DNA of 29,366 bases from a virus. Its lineage: Duplodnaviria; Caudoviricetes. The stretch lies in IMG/VR virus record IMGVR_UViG_3300027798_000161, positions 1-29,366 of that record, one strand, 5' to 3'. Made by a program: the position numbers and the translations under genes. The first letter of the stretch is position 1. Each line of letters starts with the position of its first letter. Shown in pieces: positions 1 through 9,909 of the stretch. The notes under the pieces were generated by a model, which was not told the DNA's origin, made no database searches, and saw nothing but the letters and a program-made list of their open reading frames with translations.

Positions 1-148
1 ATTGCGGAGGTCACTCATGAATTTCTCATGAATCTTTGCGATTGTTTCCTCAGTAAACTGAACATAGTATTCACCTTGTTCGTTATCCTTGCGATATATC
101 TCCATTGGTATCATTGCAGGTGCAGTGATTCGATACTTTAAGTCATCA
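1..148. repeat. Terminal direct repeat, left copy (circular assembly overlap)
   Basis: 1-148 matches 29219-29366; mismatches only at 7, 13 and 22; 23-148 is exact. Confidence 0.95.
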
Positions 149-300
149 GCGAATACCATTCGTTGTGCTTGTTCGAAGGCCATTCCTTTCACCTTTATTG
201 CAGGTTGAGAAGTAAATGCAATCTGCTCAATCCCCAAATCTTCTCCATCAGAGTATTCGGGATCAATAGTGATTTTGTATATTGGCAAATCTTTGGTCAT
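1..300 (-). CDS. N-terminal part of prohead protease (XkdF-like); continues across the circular junction into 28550-29218
   Basis: ATG at 300 gives MTKDLPIYKITIDPEYSDGEDLGIEQIAFTSQPAIKVKGMAF..., in frame with MIPMEIYRK...; joined ORF is 969 nt (322 aa). Confidence 0.8.
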   Translation of the reverse strand, partial: MTKDLPIYKITIDPEYSDGEDLGIEQIAFTSQPAIKVKGMAFEQAQRMVFADDLKYRITAPAMIPMEIYRKDNEQGEYYVQFTEETIAKIHEKFMSDLRN

Positions 301-302
301 GT

Positions 303-329
303 ATATATTAAAAAAATTGTAAATTTGTT
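303..329 (-). promoter_or_regulatory. Putative phage late promoter, copy 1 (AACA-N14-TTAATATAT)
   Basis: Ends 2 nt before the protease ATG; the motif recurs before three other structural genes. Confidence 0.6.
320..327 (+). promoter_or_regulatory. Bacteroidota housekeeping -7 element TAAATTTG for the plus-strand gene pair
   Basis: Exact TAnnTTTG match 16 nt upstream of ATG 344. Confidence 0.5.
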
Positions 330-343
330 CATAAATCACACTT

Positions 344-898
344 ATGATAAAAATATTTGAAAGGGAAATTCCCAACAGAATGGATGAATTGACCATTGAA
401 CAATTCGAGAAGGTAACTGAAATCACCAACAACCAAGAACTTGACAACATCGACAGATACATCAAGATTTTTGAATACTTCGGTGTTAAGGAATCCGAAT
501 GGGATGAGAATGAAGTGGAATTAAATGATTTCATCGAGAAGGTAAAGGAATTCAACTCATCTAAATATGAGAAAAAGGATGCAGTTGAGTCGATTGAATT
601 GGAAGGATATACCTACCAAGCACAAATGAAGCTCTCAGTGAAAGACACCAAAATGATTGAGAAGTTGATTGGTCGCAAATCTAACAATTGGATTAGTGAT
701 TTATTGGCATTGATGTTCAAACGAACTGATTTATCACCCAATGAACACTATGCTGAAGCACATTTGAAGCACAAAGCAAAGTTATTTAAGGCCTTGAAAG
801 CTGAAATCGCTATCCCATACCTGGTATTTGTCACTGAAAAAATCGCATCTCATGCTCAATCTCAACCTTCCGAAGCAGTGGAGCCAAGTAACGATTGA
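344..898 (+). CDS. Hypothetical protein, possible tail assembly chaperone-like; paralog of 852-1583
   Basis: 184 aa acidic ORF; N-terminal IPNRMDELTIEQF aligns with LPKQWSQVTIEQF of the next ORF. Confidence 0.6.
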   Translation: MIKIFEREIPNRMDELTIEQFEKVTEITNNQELDNIDRYIKIFEYFGVKESEWDENEVELNDFIEKVKEFNSSKYEKKDAVESIELEGYTYQAQMKLSVKDTKMIEKLIGRKSNNWISDLLALMFKRTDLSPNEHYAEAHLKHKAKLFKALKAEIAIPYLVFVTEKIASHAQSQPSEAVEPSND

Positions 899-1583
899 AC
901 AATTCATTGAAATTAGGTCTTTAAACATTGAGGATGGAACATTTGAATATAACATTGATGTGTTATCCATCCTCTCAGACCTTCCGGTTGAGGACTTTGA
1001 TGATATAGAACTTGATGAACTCCAGGATATAACCAAGCAACTTGCATGGATGACATCAGAACCATCCAAAAGATATCAACATCAACTCGGTGAATTGAAG
1101 CTCAAGCCATTTGTTGACATCACTCTCGGTGAGTTTATCACATTAGAGGCATTCGTCACTGATGACTACATCAAGAACCTCCGTAACATATGTGCGATTC
1201 TTTACCGGAAAACATCAACTGATGAATGGGAGAATATAATCTTCGAACCATACAAATTCAAATCAAGTGATCGTGTTCACTTATTCGATGAGCATCCCAT
1301 CACCTCAGTATTCGGATTGATACCTGAGTATCTTCAGTTTCGCCAAAACTTCCTTGATAGCCATTCCAATCTGATGAGTGAATCATTCGAGGATGAGGAA
1401 GAATCAACCGATTTGGAAGAACGCAAAGAGCAGGAAGAGGAAAAGAAATCATCCAAATGGGGGTGGGAGCAATTGATATGGACCATGTGTAATGGTGACC
1501 TCTCAAAGTTCGATGTGATTACCGATACAAAACTTGTATTGATATTCAACTTCCTTGCAATGAGAAAAGAGCTTGAAATTTAA
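852..1583 (+). CDS. Hypothetical protein, possible tail assembly chaperone-like with C-terminal extension
   Basis: ATG 852 (MLNLNLPKQWSQVTIEQF) preferred over TTG 828; acidic linker followed by a WGWEQLIW domain. Confidence 0.6.
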   Translation: MLNLNLPKQWSQVTIEQFIEIRSLNIEDGTFEYNIDVLSILSDLPVEDFDDIELDELQDITKQLAWMTSEPSKRYQHQLGELKLKPFVDITLGEFITLEAFVTDDYIKNLRNICAILYRKTSTDEWENIIFEPYKFKSSDRVHLFDEHPITSVFGLIPEYLQFRQNFLDSHSNLMSESFEDEEESTDLEERKEQEEEKKSSKWGWEQLIWTMCNGDLSKFDVITDTKLVLIFNFLAMRKELEI

Positions 1584-2002
1584 TAATCAAGAGCATCCCA
1601 AAACTCTCCAAATAGAGGTTGGAAATCATAAATGACTTTGACTTTTTTACGAAGCAATCCACCAAGTTCCAAGATTGGGAACGTCTGAGCCAATTTATTA
1701 ACATACTGACCATACATTTCGGATATCAATCCTTGTTGCTCAAGCTGAGTGTTGAACTTTCGAACCAAATCAAATGGTGCAATACTGATTGTACCGTTGT
1801 TAAGGAATCCGAAGTAATAAGCTGCAACGATTTGAATGCGAAGATTACCCTCAAGAGTTACTTTGGCATTGATACGCACTGAATCATACAAGGTACCGGT
1901 ATCAATCAATGCTTCTTGCTTGATTACGTTCTTGAGTACATTGGCAACCTTTCTCCTTGTTGGATAAAGTATATTGAATTCACCGGTATTTTTATAAGCC
2001 AT
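1580..2002 (-). CDS. Putative neck/tail-completion protein (HK97 gp10-like)
   Basis: IDTGTLYDSV motif plus YFGFLNNGT; last gene of the tail cluster. Confidence 0.55.
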   Translation of the reverse strand: MAYKNTGEFNILYPTRRKVANVLKNVIKQEALIDTGTLYDSVRINAKVTLEGNLRIQIVAAYYFGFLNNGTISIAPFDLVRKFNTQLEQQGLISEMYGQYVNKLAQTFPILELGGLLRKKVKVIYDFQPLFGEFWDALDY

Positions 2003-2006
2003 ACTT

Positions 2007-2034
2007 ATATATTAAGATTAATTCGGAATTTGTT
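2007..2034 (-). promoter_or_regulatory. Putative phage late promoter, copy 2 (AACA-N15-TTAATATAT)
   Basis: Ends 4 nt before ATG 2002; also shares GAACAAATT with copy 1. Confidence 0.6.
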
Positions 2035-2467
2035 CAGGAATTTGGCAATCTGTCCACGAAGGTAGTACAAATGTGATATTCATCAACCATCCCGCTGCAT
2101 AATCCAAGAGGTCATTGTTCAGTGGTGTGAATGTTGGGAATCCTTCCACATCAAAATCAGTATCGGTCAATGAGAATGTATAATTCAAGTAAAGGTCATT
2201 GAGAATCTGCTGAGTATCTGAGAGAATTGTGGTGATATTTGCACGGTCTTTTTGGATGATGTCAAAGCAATATATCTCCAGGTTGAATAAGTTCACGTTA
2301 TCACTTGCAACTACATCCACTGGTACGATATATACCAATGGATACTTCTCATCCTTTGTGGCGAAGTTGAACAACTGCTCTTGAAAATCAGTGCCTACCT
2401 TTTTAACCTGAAGGTGTGCGTTGTAGAATGCGATAATTTCATCTGTTAATGCTTGGTAGGATATCAT
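2018..2467 (-). CDS. Putative tail terminator/completion protein
   Basis: 149 aa acidic ORF with YPLVYI motif, coupled to the tape measure gene. Confidence 0.5.
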   Translation of the reverse strand: MISYQALTDEIIAFYNAHLQVKKVGTDFQEQLFNFATKDEKYPLVYIVPVDVVASDNVNLFNLEIYCFDIIQKDRANITTILSDTQQILNDLYLNYTFSLTDTDFDVEGFPTFTPLNNDLLDYAAGWLMNITFVLPSWTDCQIPEQIPN

Positions 2468-4371
2468 AATTGTGCTGATTTTTGGATTTTCAATATGTTG
2501 TTTTGAGTGGAAGTTATTTCCGTTTCACTTACCACCGCAGTGACTGTGATATTTGTGTTGGTATCTTGACCTCCGCCTTGGTTGTTTTGAGCATTGCCTT
2601 GACCGAATAAGTTACCAGGTACAAATGAAGGTACTGATGATTGAGCCGATGGAGTTGATGCACTCGGTGGTGCTACGTTACCGCCTCCGCCAACAGTTCC
2701 ACCACCACCACCATTCATGAACTTACCAATGGATGTTGCAACGATTGTACCAATGGATGTTGCTGCACGAATCTTCGCACCTGCAATCGCAGCGGTTTTC
2801 AATGCTGCACCCCCATCAGGTAACAATGACCAAGTTGGATTGGATGCGTATGCCGATATCTCTTTTTGAGTATTCACAATTACTTGACCAATGGCAAGAG
2901 CTTTGTCAACCAAGAATAATGCATTCGCCACTTTTTTATTCTCTCCGGCAAGTGATCCAATTGCATCGAGTGTTCCTTTAACTGCATCAAGTTTGGCAGA
3001 TGCAAGTGCTTCATCCGCAGCCTTGACCTCTTCATTGTATTTTTGAAGGTCTTGGAATGATGCCATGTTTGCCTCACCTTGAATCTGAAGTTTTTGAGTA
3101 TTGGTTGCACGAATACGTTCAACCGCTTTCGCTGCACTTTCAATCTGCACTGTTTCCTCATTTGCTCCATCTGCCTTGCGAATATTATTCACCTCAAGAT
3201 TTTTGGCGGTTTCCAATGCGGTCACATCCTGCTTGTATTTCTTTGCCTCAGCAATTAGCTTATCGTATTTAGCAATGGTATCATCAATCTCTTTTTGAGT
3301 TTGAGTTTTACCTGAATCAACAACGAGCTTATTGGCAGTGGCAATCTCTGTTTGGATAGCTTTCAATCCATCCTTGTATGCCTTCGCTCTGACCTCAGCA
3401 TCTGCCTTCGCTTTTTCTTTCGCAGCGTCATCCTTCGCTTTCTGTTCTGCATCATCAGCGATTGCAATCAATGCACGATCCTTTCTTCCTGCCTTGATGA
3501 TGTCGTTCTCTGCTTGAATTTGCTCACGGAGCTTCTTGCGTTTCTCCATGTTATCAGCTGATGCAACTTTATTCAATGCAGCATATTCCTCTTGAGCTTT
3601 TTGTCTGCGGTATATCGCCTCTTTCTCAAGTGCTTTTGACTTATCCAATTCAAGTTGAGTGGTGTCTTTTCCTGCTGCCTTCGCTCTTGCAATCTCGATA
3701 TCATAATTGTCACCAACCGCTGCAACACGTTTCTTGGATGACTCGATTGCTTTGTCATTTGCCTTGGTAACACGTTCAGCATTTTCCTCTGCTGCGTATG
3801 ATGTCAATCCAATCTCATCGGTCAACCATTTGAATGCATCGATAAGGATATTGATTGGGGCCATTAATGCTGCAAGTGCTTTATCAAGTACACCAATTTT
3901 TTTCAAGAACATTACAATTGCCACCACAATTCCAGTGATAACCGCAGCCACAAAAAATATTGGATTCATTAGAATCTGAGCACCAAGTTTTACAAATGTA
4001 GCACCGAGTGTTGTGACTGTCTTTGTAAGGCCTTTGATGGCTCCGGTGATATCTGCTTTCCCTAATGAGCCAACTGTTTTTTGAAATGTGGCAGCCTTCT
4101 CGGATGCACCTTCAAAATCAAGTGACATCAAATCACCTTGGATGTTTGAGAATGCATTGGATACCGCTTCGAATTTCGAACCAGTGGTGAATGTTGCAAC
4201 CTGCTCATTGGCATCCTTAATTCTATCCGCTAATTCACCCGCCTTCTTTGCGAGTGCATCCATCTGAGCAGGATCAGTTGCATTGGCAAGTGCCTCCTTT
4301 AATTGTTTTAACTGTGACTTGAGGGAGCCGACTCCGTTAAGCGTTAAGTCAATTGATACTTCATTACTCAT
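2464..4371 (-). CDS. Tail tape measure protein
   Basis: 635 aa, Ala/Lys-rich and helical, hydrophobic NPIFFVAAVITGIVVAIVMF segment, Gly-rich C-terminus. Confidence 0.85.
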   Translation of the reverse strand: MSNEVSIDLTLNGVGSLKSQLKQLKEALANATDPAQMDALAKKAGELADRIKDANEQVATFTTGSKFEAVSNAFSNIQGDLMSLDFEGASEKAATFQKTVGSLGKADITGAIKGLTKTVTTLGATFVKLGAQILMNPIFFVAAVITGIVVAIVMFLKKIGVLDKALAALMAPINILIDAFKWLTDEIGLTSYAAEENAERVTKANDKAIESSKKRVAAVGDNYDIEIARAKAAGKDTTQLELDKSKALEKEAIYRRQKAQEEYAALNKVASADNMEKRKKLREQIQAENDIIKAGRKDRALIAIADDAEQKAKDDAAKEKAKADAEVRAKAYKDGLKAIQTEIATANKLVVDSGKTQTQKEIDDTIAKYDKLIAEAKKYKQDVTALETAKNLEVNNIRKADGANEETVQIESAAKAVERIRATNTQKLQIQGEANMASFQDLQKYNEEVKAADEALASAKLDAVKGTLDAIGSLAGENKKVANALFLVDKALAIGQVIVNTQKEISAYASNPTWSLLPDGGAALKTAAIAGAKIRAATSIGTIVATSIGKFMNGGGGGTVGGGGNVAPPSASTPSAQSSVPSFVPGNLFGQGNAQNNQGGGQDTNTNITVTAVVSETEITSTQNNILKIQKSAQL

Positions 4372-7060
4372 ATGTTCGAATCTCTAAGGGTGAATTTTTT
4401 AGTTTACTGTCTGCGTGTGCGTGTGTTTGTGTTCGGCAAGTAATAATCACCACATTGCCATCGGTGTTGATGTATGCGGATGCAAGGTAATCGTGTTCAG
4501 TGTTTCCAATAGTTACAAAGGTAGTCAATGTGTCCAATGGAGTCAATGGTGTTCCAAGATATTCACCAACTGCGGTGCGAGTCCAGGTGATTTGTCCGAT
4601 TGTGTTGGAGAATTCAATCACTGTTGGTGCTGATGTACTTAATTGGTTGAGCAATGCAACATATCCTCTCGTTGGGAACGTCATCCCGTTGATTTGCGGA
4701 GTTATAATTCCATCCTCGCTCAATACCTTGTTATCCCCAATAACAATCCCTTTGAGGCCTGTTGCGATAATGTTGCCGGTACCCTTCACAATGACATCAT
4801 CACCACTCAGATTCCCATTTGATTGAAGTGATTTGGTTACAATCGTTGACTCAACTGCATCAACCGATGTGATTGGTGATGTTGGTGTCCCTGGCTTTGT
4901 TTGGAATGGTGCCAATTCGATATCCGAATCAACTGAAATCAATTCAACTTTGGTTGGTGCTGATGTGTTCGCATCGTAGTCAATCACTTGGTTGATGTTC
5001 CACCATGAATTGTCGATGCGGATTTTGTCATTCAATAGCAATGTTTGGATGTCAGCTTCCTTCAAATCGAAATATGCGGTGAGCATTTTTCCGACATTGA
5101 TTTGGTTGACTGTTCTCCTCCAATATGTATTGTAGAGGTTGTTCGATGTTAATGAATCCGGTGAATAGTAATAGTAATCACAAGTACCGAAGTTGATATC
5201 AAAGGTTGGATTTACCGCATCATTGAAATGGCCCAACATTGGATAAGTCGTGTTGTTGAATACTCCCGTTGTGCCATACTCAACCAATCCCCATGAGCCA
5301 CAAGTTTGAACACCTCCATCGTAAAGAATACGGATGTTTGTCTTTGGAGCTTCACCATCCAGGATTGGAACATATCCATTGATTGAGTTGATGATCACTG
5401 GAGTTGGTGAGAATATAAGCTCTTTGGTATCGGTGTCCTTCACATATTCATTGTCGAAGGTATACTCAATCTGCCCATATATCTCATCAGTCATCTGAGT
5501 GTATACCACATTCGCTGAATCGGTATCCGCTTTGTATGTGAGCTTTAATTTCTTGTTAGTTACATCGGGAAGAAATAGGAGATTCTGCTCTTTATCCTTC
5601 ATCAATTTGTAAGTCCAATCCTTTTCAGTTCCATTGTCATAAAACTCATCACGATGGCGAAGAGTTAACTTGTTAGGTTGGTCAGTGTCCACCTCAGCAT
5701 AAAGGTTGTACATCTGAAAGATTGACTTGATGAAATCCGATTGCTTGATTTTCAATGGCACATATTCATTGATGGCTAATGTACCACCAATCACCTGCAA
5801 ATTAGCAGTTGGAAGGATTCGGATTCGAAGTGAGTTGATGGTTAATACCACGTTCACCGGTTGTACTGTACCTGCCCCGAAGAATGCTCCGTATGTTTGG
5901 TATATTCCAACCTCAAGCTGAACCAAATCTCCAGTATTAAGCTCTCCACTATTGGCTAAATTCTGAGCCACAAACATCCCTCCAGTGCGTACTCCTGAAT
6001 CCAATGTTAATCCACTTGGTGAAATAGTCGTGTTGATTGATACCGTTGATGATGGAGCCACGTTAACCAACTGAGATTCATATGAACCGATGGAAGCTCT
6101 CATCCTTGGACGAGTTATAAATGATGCATTTGAATTGACCACATCCATCCCTGAGGTATTATCCAGGAATAGTGAGTAATCCATCTCATACATCATTGTG
6201 TATCCTTGACCTGAATTCAATGAGGTATCAAATGGAACGGTAAACACTCCGGTTGTTGGATTGAATGATGCTTGAATATCTGTTATCTCAGTCCACCCCG
6301 TAGCATTATCAAAGTTGCCATATGACTGAACTGATGAAGTCACATCGAATGGAGTGGTAATTTCTGCCTCAACCAAGTAATCCTTGGTGTCAAATGTGTT
6401 GGCATCCCCATTGTATGGGATAAGTAATTTGTCGAAATGGGAGGAACTCAATCCGGTCCATTCGTATGAGAATCCTGCGTTGGAGAATATGCGGTCAAAG
6501 TATTGCTTCGCATATATAGCAGGTTTAAATTGTCGCACCTGGTACTGATTGCTCCCGGTTGACGAATATGGGAACACATATTTGAATCCATCGGTGATGG
6601 TATTGTCAAACGATGCAATGATGTCCGCAGCTGAGAACGTGTGATTCAAATCACTGAAATCCAAATCGGTCAATTCCTTGTTGGTGATTGCGGTGTAAAA
6701 CTCACATTGAGTATCTTTCACCAAGACATCATACTCAACCATCTGCTCATAGGCATCGGTCATCTGAGATTTGCGAACATTAACCAACTGAAGCAATGCA
6801 TCCTCCATGATTGGCACATCGTTCTGAAGTACGGTGCATTTCGTGATGGTGTTGATGTTGAATGTACCCTCTTGAATATTTACATCGTAATGGTGTCCAA
6901 GGAGGTTGTGGTTGTTCTTGCTTCCAACCAATGTGATTGTCTTGGAGAACGTACCGGTACGCTTCGTGAGGTCACGAATATCACCGATTGAGAAGTTCAA
7001 AGGGAATGCAGTACCTTCCTTTACGTCAAGATAACCATTTGAGAGTTGAATTCTAACCAT
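4364..7060 (-). CDS. Tail tip/baseplate hub-like structural protein
   Basis: 898 aa; N-terminal LNFSIGDIRDLTKRTGTFSKTITL pattern typical of siphophage tail proteins; next to the tape measure gene. Confidence 0.65.
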   Translation of the reverse strand: MVRIQLSNGYLDVKEGTAFPLNFSIGDIRDLTKRTGTFSKTITLVGSKNNHNLLGHHYDVNIQEGTFNINTITKCTVLQNDVPIMEDALLQLVNVRKSQMTDAYEQMVEYDVLVKDTQCEFYTAITNKELTDLDFSDLNHTFSAADIIASFDNTITDGFKYVFPYSSTGSNQYQVRQFKPAIYAKQYFDRIFSNAGFSYEWTGLSSSHFDKLLIPYNGDANTFDTKDYLVEAEITTPFDVTSSVQSYGNFDNATGWTEITDIQASFNPTTGVFTVPFDTSLNSGQGYTMMYEMDYSLFLDNTSGMDVVNSNASFITRPRMRASIGSYESQLVNVAPSSTVSINTTISPSGLTLDSGVRTGGMFVAQNLANSGELNTGDLVQLEVGIYQTYGAFFGAGTVQPVNVVLTINSLRIRILPTANLQVIGGTLAINEYVPLKIKQSDFIKSIFQMYNLYAEVDTDQPNKLTLRHRDEFYDNGTEKDWTYKLMKDKEQNLLFLPDVTNKKLKLTYKADTDSANVVYTQMTDEIYGQIEYTFDNEYVKDTDTKELIFSPTPVIINSINGYVPILDGEAPKTNIRILYDGGVQTCGSWGLVEYGTTGVFNNTTYPMLGHFNDAVNPTFDINFGTCDYYYYSPDSLTSNNLYNTYWRRTVNQINVGKMLTAYFDLKEADIQTLLLNDKIRIDNSWWNINQVIDYDANTSAPTKVELISVDSDIELAPFQTKPGTPTSPITSVDAVESTIVTKSLQSNGNLSGDDVIVKGTGNIIATGLKGIVIGDNKVLSEDGIITPQINGMTFPTRGYVALLNQLSTSAPTVIEFSNTIGQITWTRTAVGEYLGTPLTPLDTLTTFVTIGNTEHDYLASAYINTDGNVVIITCRTQTHAHADSKLKNSPLEIRTYE

Positions 7061-8522
7061 TGATGTTGTCTTGATTTGATAATTTAATGGTGATGCTTTG
7101 CTTGATTAGATTCTTGTTGCGTTGTTGGTATACCTCGTATGCGTTATTCTGCACAATGCATGGTTGATATGCAGTTGACTCAGCGATGTGAATTGGACAA
7201 CCATCCTCTCCAATGATTGGAAGGCCATCCTCAGTGGTATTGTACTGCACAATCTTAACGAATGTCTGAGGTGACGTCAAGAGCTCTTCGAAGTATTGCC
7301 CTGCACTCTCATCCATCCAATTAGTATTGAGGTCAAATGACTTCACCACGTTGATGTTTGACTGCATGAATCCCATATCTTCGGTGCGGTAGTTCCATGA
7401 TGCTCCACTCACATATCCTTTGACATCCTTGTTGAATATCTCGCGAGTGATTTCTCCTCTCTCATATGATTTCAATTGGAAGGCAAATGATGAGTATGAG
7501 CCTAATCGGTCAAGAAATAGCATATGATACTCAGAGATGGTTGTTCTTCGGTCCAGGTTGATTCGGTACTTGAATGACTCAATGCCTAATGCAGTGCGAT
7601 AATACACATCGTACCAATCAACTGTGTTGGTGATAAGGTCACCCGTACCAACCAAGATTCCATAGTTATTTGGTCCAACGGGAACCTGAGAGATGACACC
7701 TACGTTGTTGATGTCTTTGTAAAACGAAGCTCCATTGCTATTCACGAACACGATGCGATCATGTCCTTGAGCACTGCGGAGGTTGAGGTACAAATCTTGT
7801 CCCAATGTGCAGCTGAATTGTTGAGGTTGATTCGTTAACCAATAGCTATCTGCGAAGGTTAGCTTATAATCTGAGTTGTCATACACTGACCAATCCAACC
7901 ATCTGAATGCTCCATTGAAAACAACGTAATCTTCGAAGGTAGTCACGTCCAACGTAATCAATTTGCGGTTATCAGCATAGTGAACAATCCCATTGATTGC
8001 GATATCAGTGATGGAGCTGAACGGAACACCAACAGTGAATGTCGATGTCGTTGCACTGAGTACGGTGTGAAGGCCTTCCAACTGAGGATTCGCCACACCA
8101 TCATCATCTTGTGTGATCATTACCTGGTCACCTACCACAAATGTGTTGGTTGCATGGACTCTCGTGTTACCTCCGTTATCTGTGAGGTTGGCAGTCCAAA
8201 AGTATTCAGCCAATTGCTCCTCTCCGACTTTGACATCGTAAAGGTATCTCGAATTCGGTGCATTGTACCATGATGTGCTCAGTGTGTTGAGGTCCCAAGA
8301 TACTTGGCTCTGAAGGAGCTTCGATAAATCAATCTCACCATATCCATCAACATAGGTTGGGAGCACTTTATACTCCGCAATTTTGTTTGCAGTTCCTGCC
8401 TCGAATACTTGGAATATGTACTTGAATCCCGTGTTGTTCTTGTTGGTTGAATCAACGATGAACTTCAAAGGATTATATGCCGGACTGAATGCCTGAGGTG
8501 ATGCTATGGTTGATTGACTCAT
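7053..8522 (-). CDS. Tail structural protein (distal tail-like)
   Basis: 489 aa, beta-rich, within the tail cluster. Confidence 0.55.
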   Translation of the reverse strand: MSQSTIASPQAFSPAYNPLKFIVDSTNKNNTGFKYIFQVFEAGTANKIAEYKVLPTYVDGYGEIDLSKLLQSQVSWDLNTLSTSWYNAPNSRYLYDVKVGEEQLAEYFWTANLTDNGGNTRVHATNTFVVGDQVMITQDDDGVANPQLEGLHTVLSATTSTFTVGVPFSSITDIAINGIVHYADNRKLITLDVTTFEDYVVFNGAFRWLDWSVYDNSDYKLTFADSYWLTNQPQQFSCTLGQDLYLNLRSAQGHDRIVFVNSNGASFYKDINNVGVISQVPVGPNNYGILVGTGDLITNTVDWYDVYYRTALGIESFKYRINLDRRTTISEYHMLFLDRLGSYSSFAFQLKSYERGEITREIFNKDVKGYVSGASWNYRTEDMGFMQSNINVVKSFDLNTNWMDESAGQYFEELLTSPQTFVKIVQYNTTEDGLPIIGEDGCPIHIAESTAYQPCIVQNNAYEVYQQRNKNLIKQSITIKLSNQDNING

Positions 8523-8644
8523 TCTGTTTCGCTTGGTTTACTAGCTTCGTTTAAGATATTCAAAATAGGAACTCCGAACTTCATCGGTAATTCACTTAAG
8601 ATAGCTTCTAATTGCTTTACTTGTTCTTCTGATAGTGTTAACAT
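8519..8644 (-). CDS. Small protein (41 aa), possibly fibre-associated
   Basis: Hand-translated MLTLSEEQVKQLEAILSELPMKFGVPILNILNEASKPSETE; ATGA overlap with the next gene; absent from the ORF track. Confidence 0.65.
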   Translation of the reverse strand: MLTLSEEQVKQLEAILSELPMKFGVPILNILNEASKPSETE

Positions 8645-8655
8645 ACTTCGTGTTT

Positions 8656-8922
8656 TTATAGGATTGTTACTCCGATAGCTTCAGCGACATACTCGTTTAC
8701 GACTGAATTATCAGTCCCCCAAGTTAAGAATTGTTCTTCAGTTAGCGTGTAATTGCCTTGTGAAAGTTGTACTCCGTCCTCAGTTAGTAATTGCCAATAG
8801 GTCGTGCAAGTTGTTGCAGTAGTTTCGAAGTTCAATACAAGTACGCTCATTCGTGTTGCAGTACCTTCGTTAAGTGGATATACGATTGGTTGAATCGCTA
8901 CTCCGTTTGTGTTTGTTTCCAT
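8656..8922 (-). CDS. Tail fibre-associated small protein
   Basis: 88 aa ORF directly after the fibre gene. Confidence 0.55.
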   Translation of the reverse strand: METNTNGVAIQPIVYPLNEGTATRMSVLVLNFETTATTCTTYWQLLTEDGVQLSQGNYTLTEEQFLTWGTDNSVVNEYVAEAIGVTIL

Positions 8923-8937
8923 TTTATTTATGTTTAT

Positions 8938-9909
8938 TTATACTATTGATAAGATTCCTAAATTGTTCCAAATTGCACCCGTTGGAAGACCTACGGGGGA
9001 GGTTGGAAGGTTTCCAAATATTACTTTTCCGTTTGTTGTTTCGATTGCTCGGAAGTCAGCAGCGGCAATTAAATTTGGATTGATATATAGTCCTCTAGTA
9101 ATTCCGTTCGCACCGCCCGTTTGGTTGATGGTAGGCGTCATTGACAATTGCGTCCAAGTTGCCGTGCCACTTGTTGGTGCAAATCCAATAGGCAAAGACA
9201 TAAATACATTTGTACCGCTTGTATTCGCGTTAGGCAAAGTTGAATTTGTTGTAAATCTGTGAACCGTAGTTGAAGAAAAAACGCTTTGGTAATTCAATGA
9301 ATTATCTGAAATGCTATTAAATATTCTAGTGTTATTACCTCCAAATCTTACATTGTTGTCAACTGATGGAGTGCCTATTGTTAAATCACTAACTCTAGCA
9401 GTCCCGTTCACATCTAACTTATATCCCGCATCGGTTGTTGTGTTGATGAGTACGTTACCCGTTAAACCTTTTAAAACTAAAGATGTTGAATTAGCAACTC
9501 CATTTCTATTTTGTTTAAAAATATAGTCGGAATCTTGACGTGAATTAATAAAATTAAAATGTGAATTTGCTCCAGGTGTATTGTAAAAATTCATTGCACC
9601 ACTTGCTACTGCGAAAGTAATTTCAGAACCTACAACGTGTAATTTTGTACTTGGGGTACTTGTACCTATTCCTAAAAATCCATTCGTGTTATCCCAGTAC
9701 AATGAAGAGCTACCTGTAAGCTTTCCTAATGAATCAGAGAAAGATACCATACCTGTAGTAAGTATAGATGATGCTCCTTGTAATAAATTATTAGTAGCTC
9801 CATCTCCTATATATACTCTTTTCGTATCTGTAGTGAATAACAATTCACCTGCAATACCTGTAGGTAGATTTACTTGTAAGCCTCTTTTTATTTGTAATGT
9901 ATTAGGCAT
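8938..9909 (-). CDS. Tail fibre / receptor-binding protein
   Basis: N-terminal QIKRG...GELLFTTDTKRVYIGDG module; LGIGTSTPSTKLHVVG and INTTTDAGYKLDVNG fibre repeats; Gly/Thr/Asn-rich. Confidence 0.75.
   Translation of the reverse strand: MPNTLQIKRGLQVNLPTGIAGELLFTTDTKRVYIGDGATNNLLQGASSILTTGMVSFSDSLGKLTGSSSLYWDNTNGFLGIGTSTPSTKLHVVGSEITFAVASGAMNFYNTPGANSHFNFINSRQDSDYIFKQNRNGVANSTSLVLKGLTGNVLINTTTDAGYKLDVNGTARVSDLTIGTPSVDNNVRFGGNNTRIFNSISDNSLNYQSVFSSTTVHRFTTNSTLPNANTSGTNVFMSLPIGFAPTSGTATWTQLSMTPTINQTGGANGITRGLYINPNLIAAADFRAIETTNGKVIFGNLPTSPVGLPTGAIWNNLGILSIV

Noticed and set aside
1-148. Biological terminal repeat
   Set aside because: It falls mid-gene and its length fits an assembly overlap
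828-898. Programmed -1 frameshift joining the two plus-strand ORFs at GAAAAAA
   Set aside because: The second ORF is in the +1/-2 frame and has its own ATG with a paralogous N-terminus
8938-9909. Diversity-generating retroelement targeting the fibre
   Set aside because: No reverse transcriptase and no template/variable repeat pair seen
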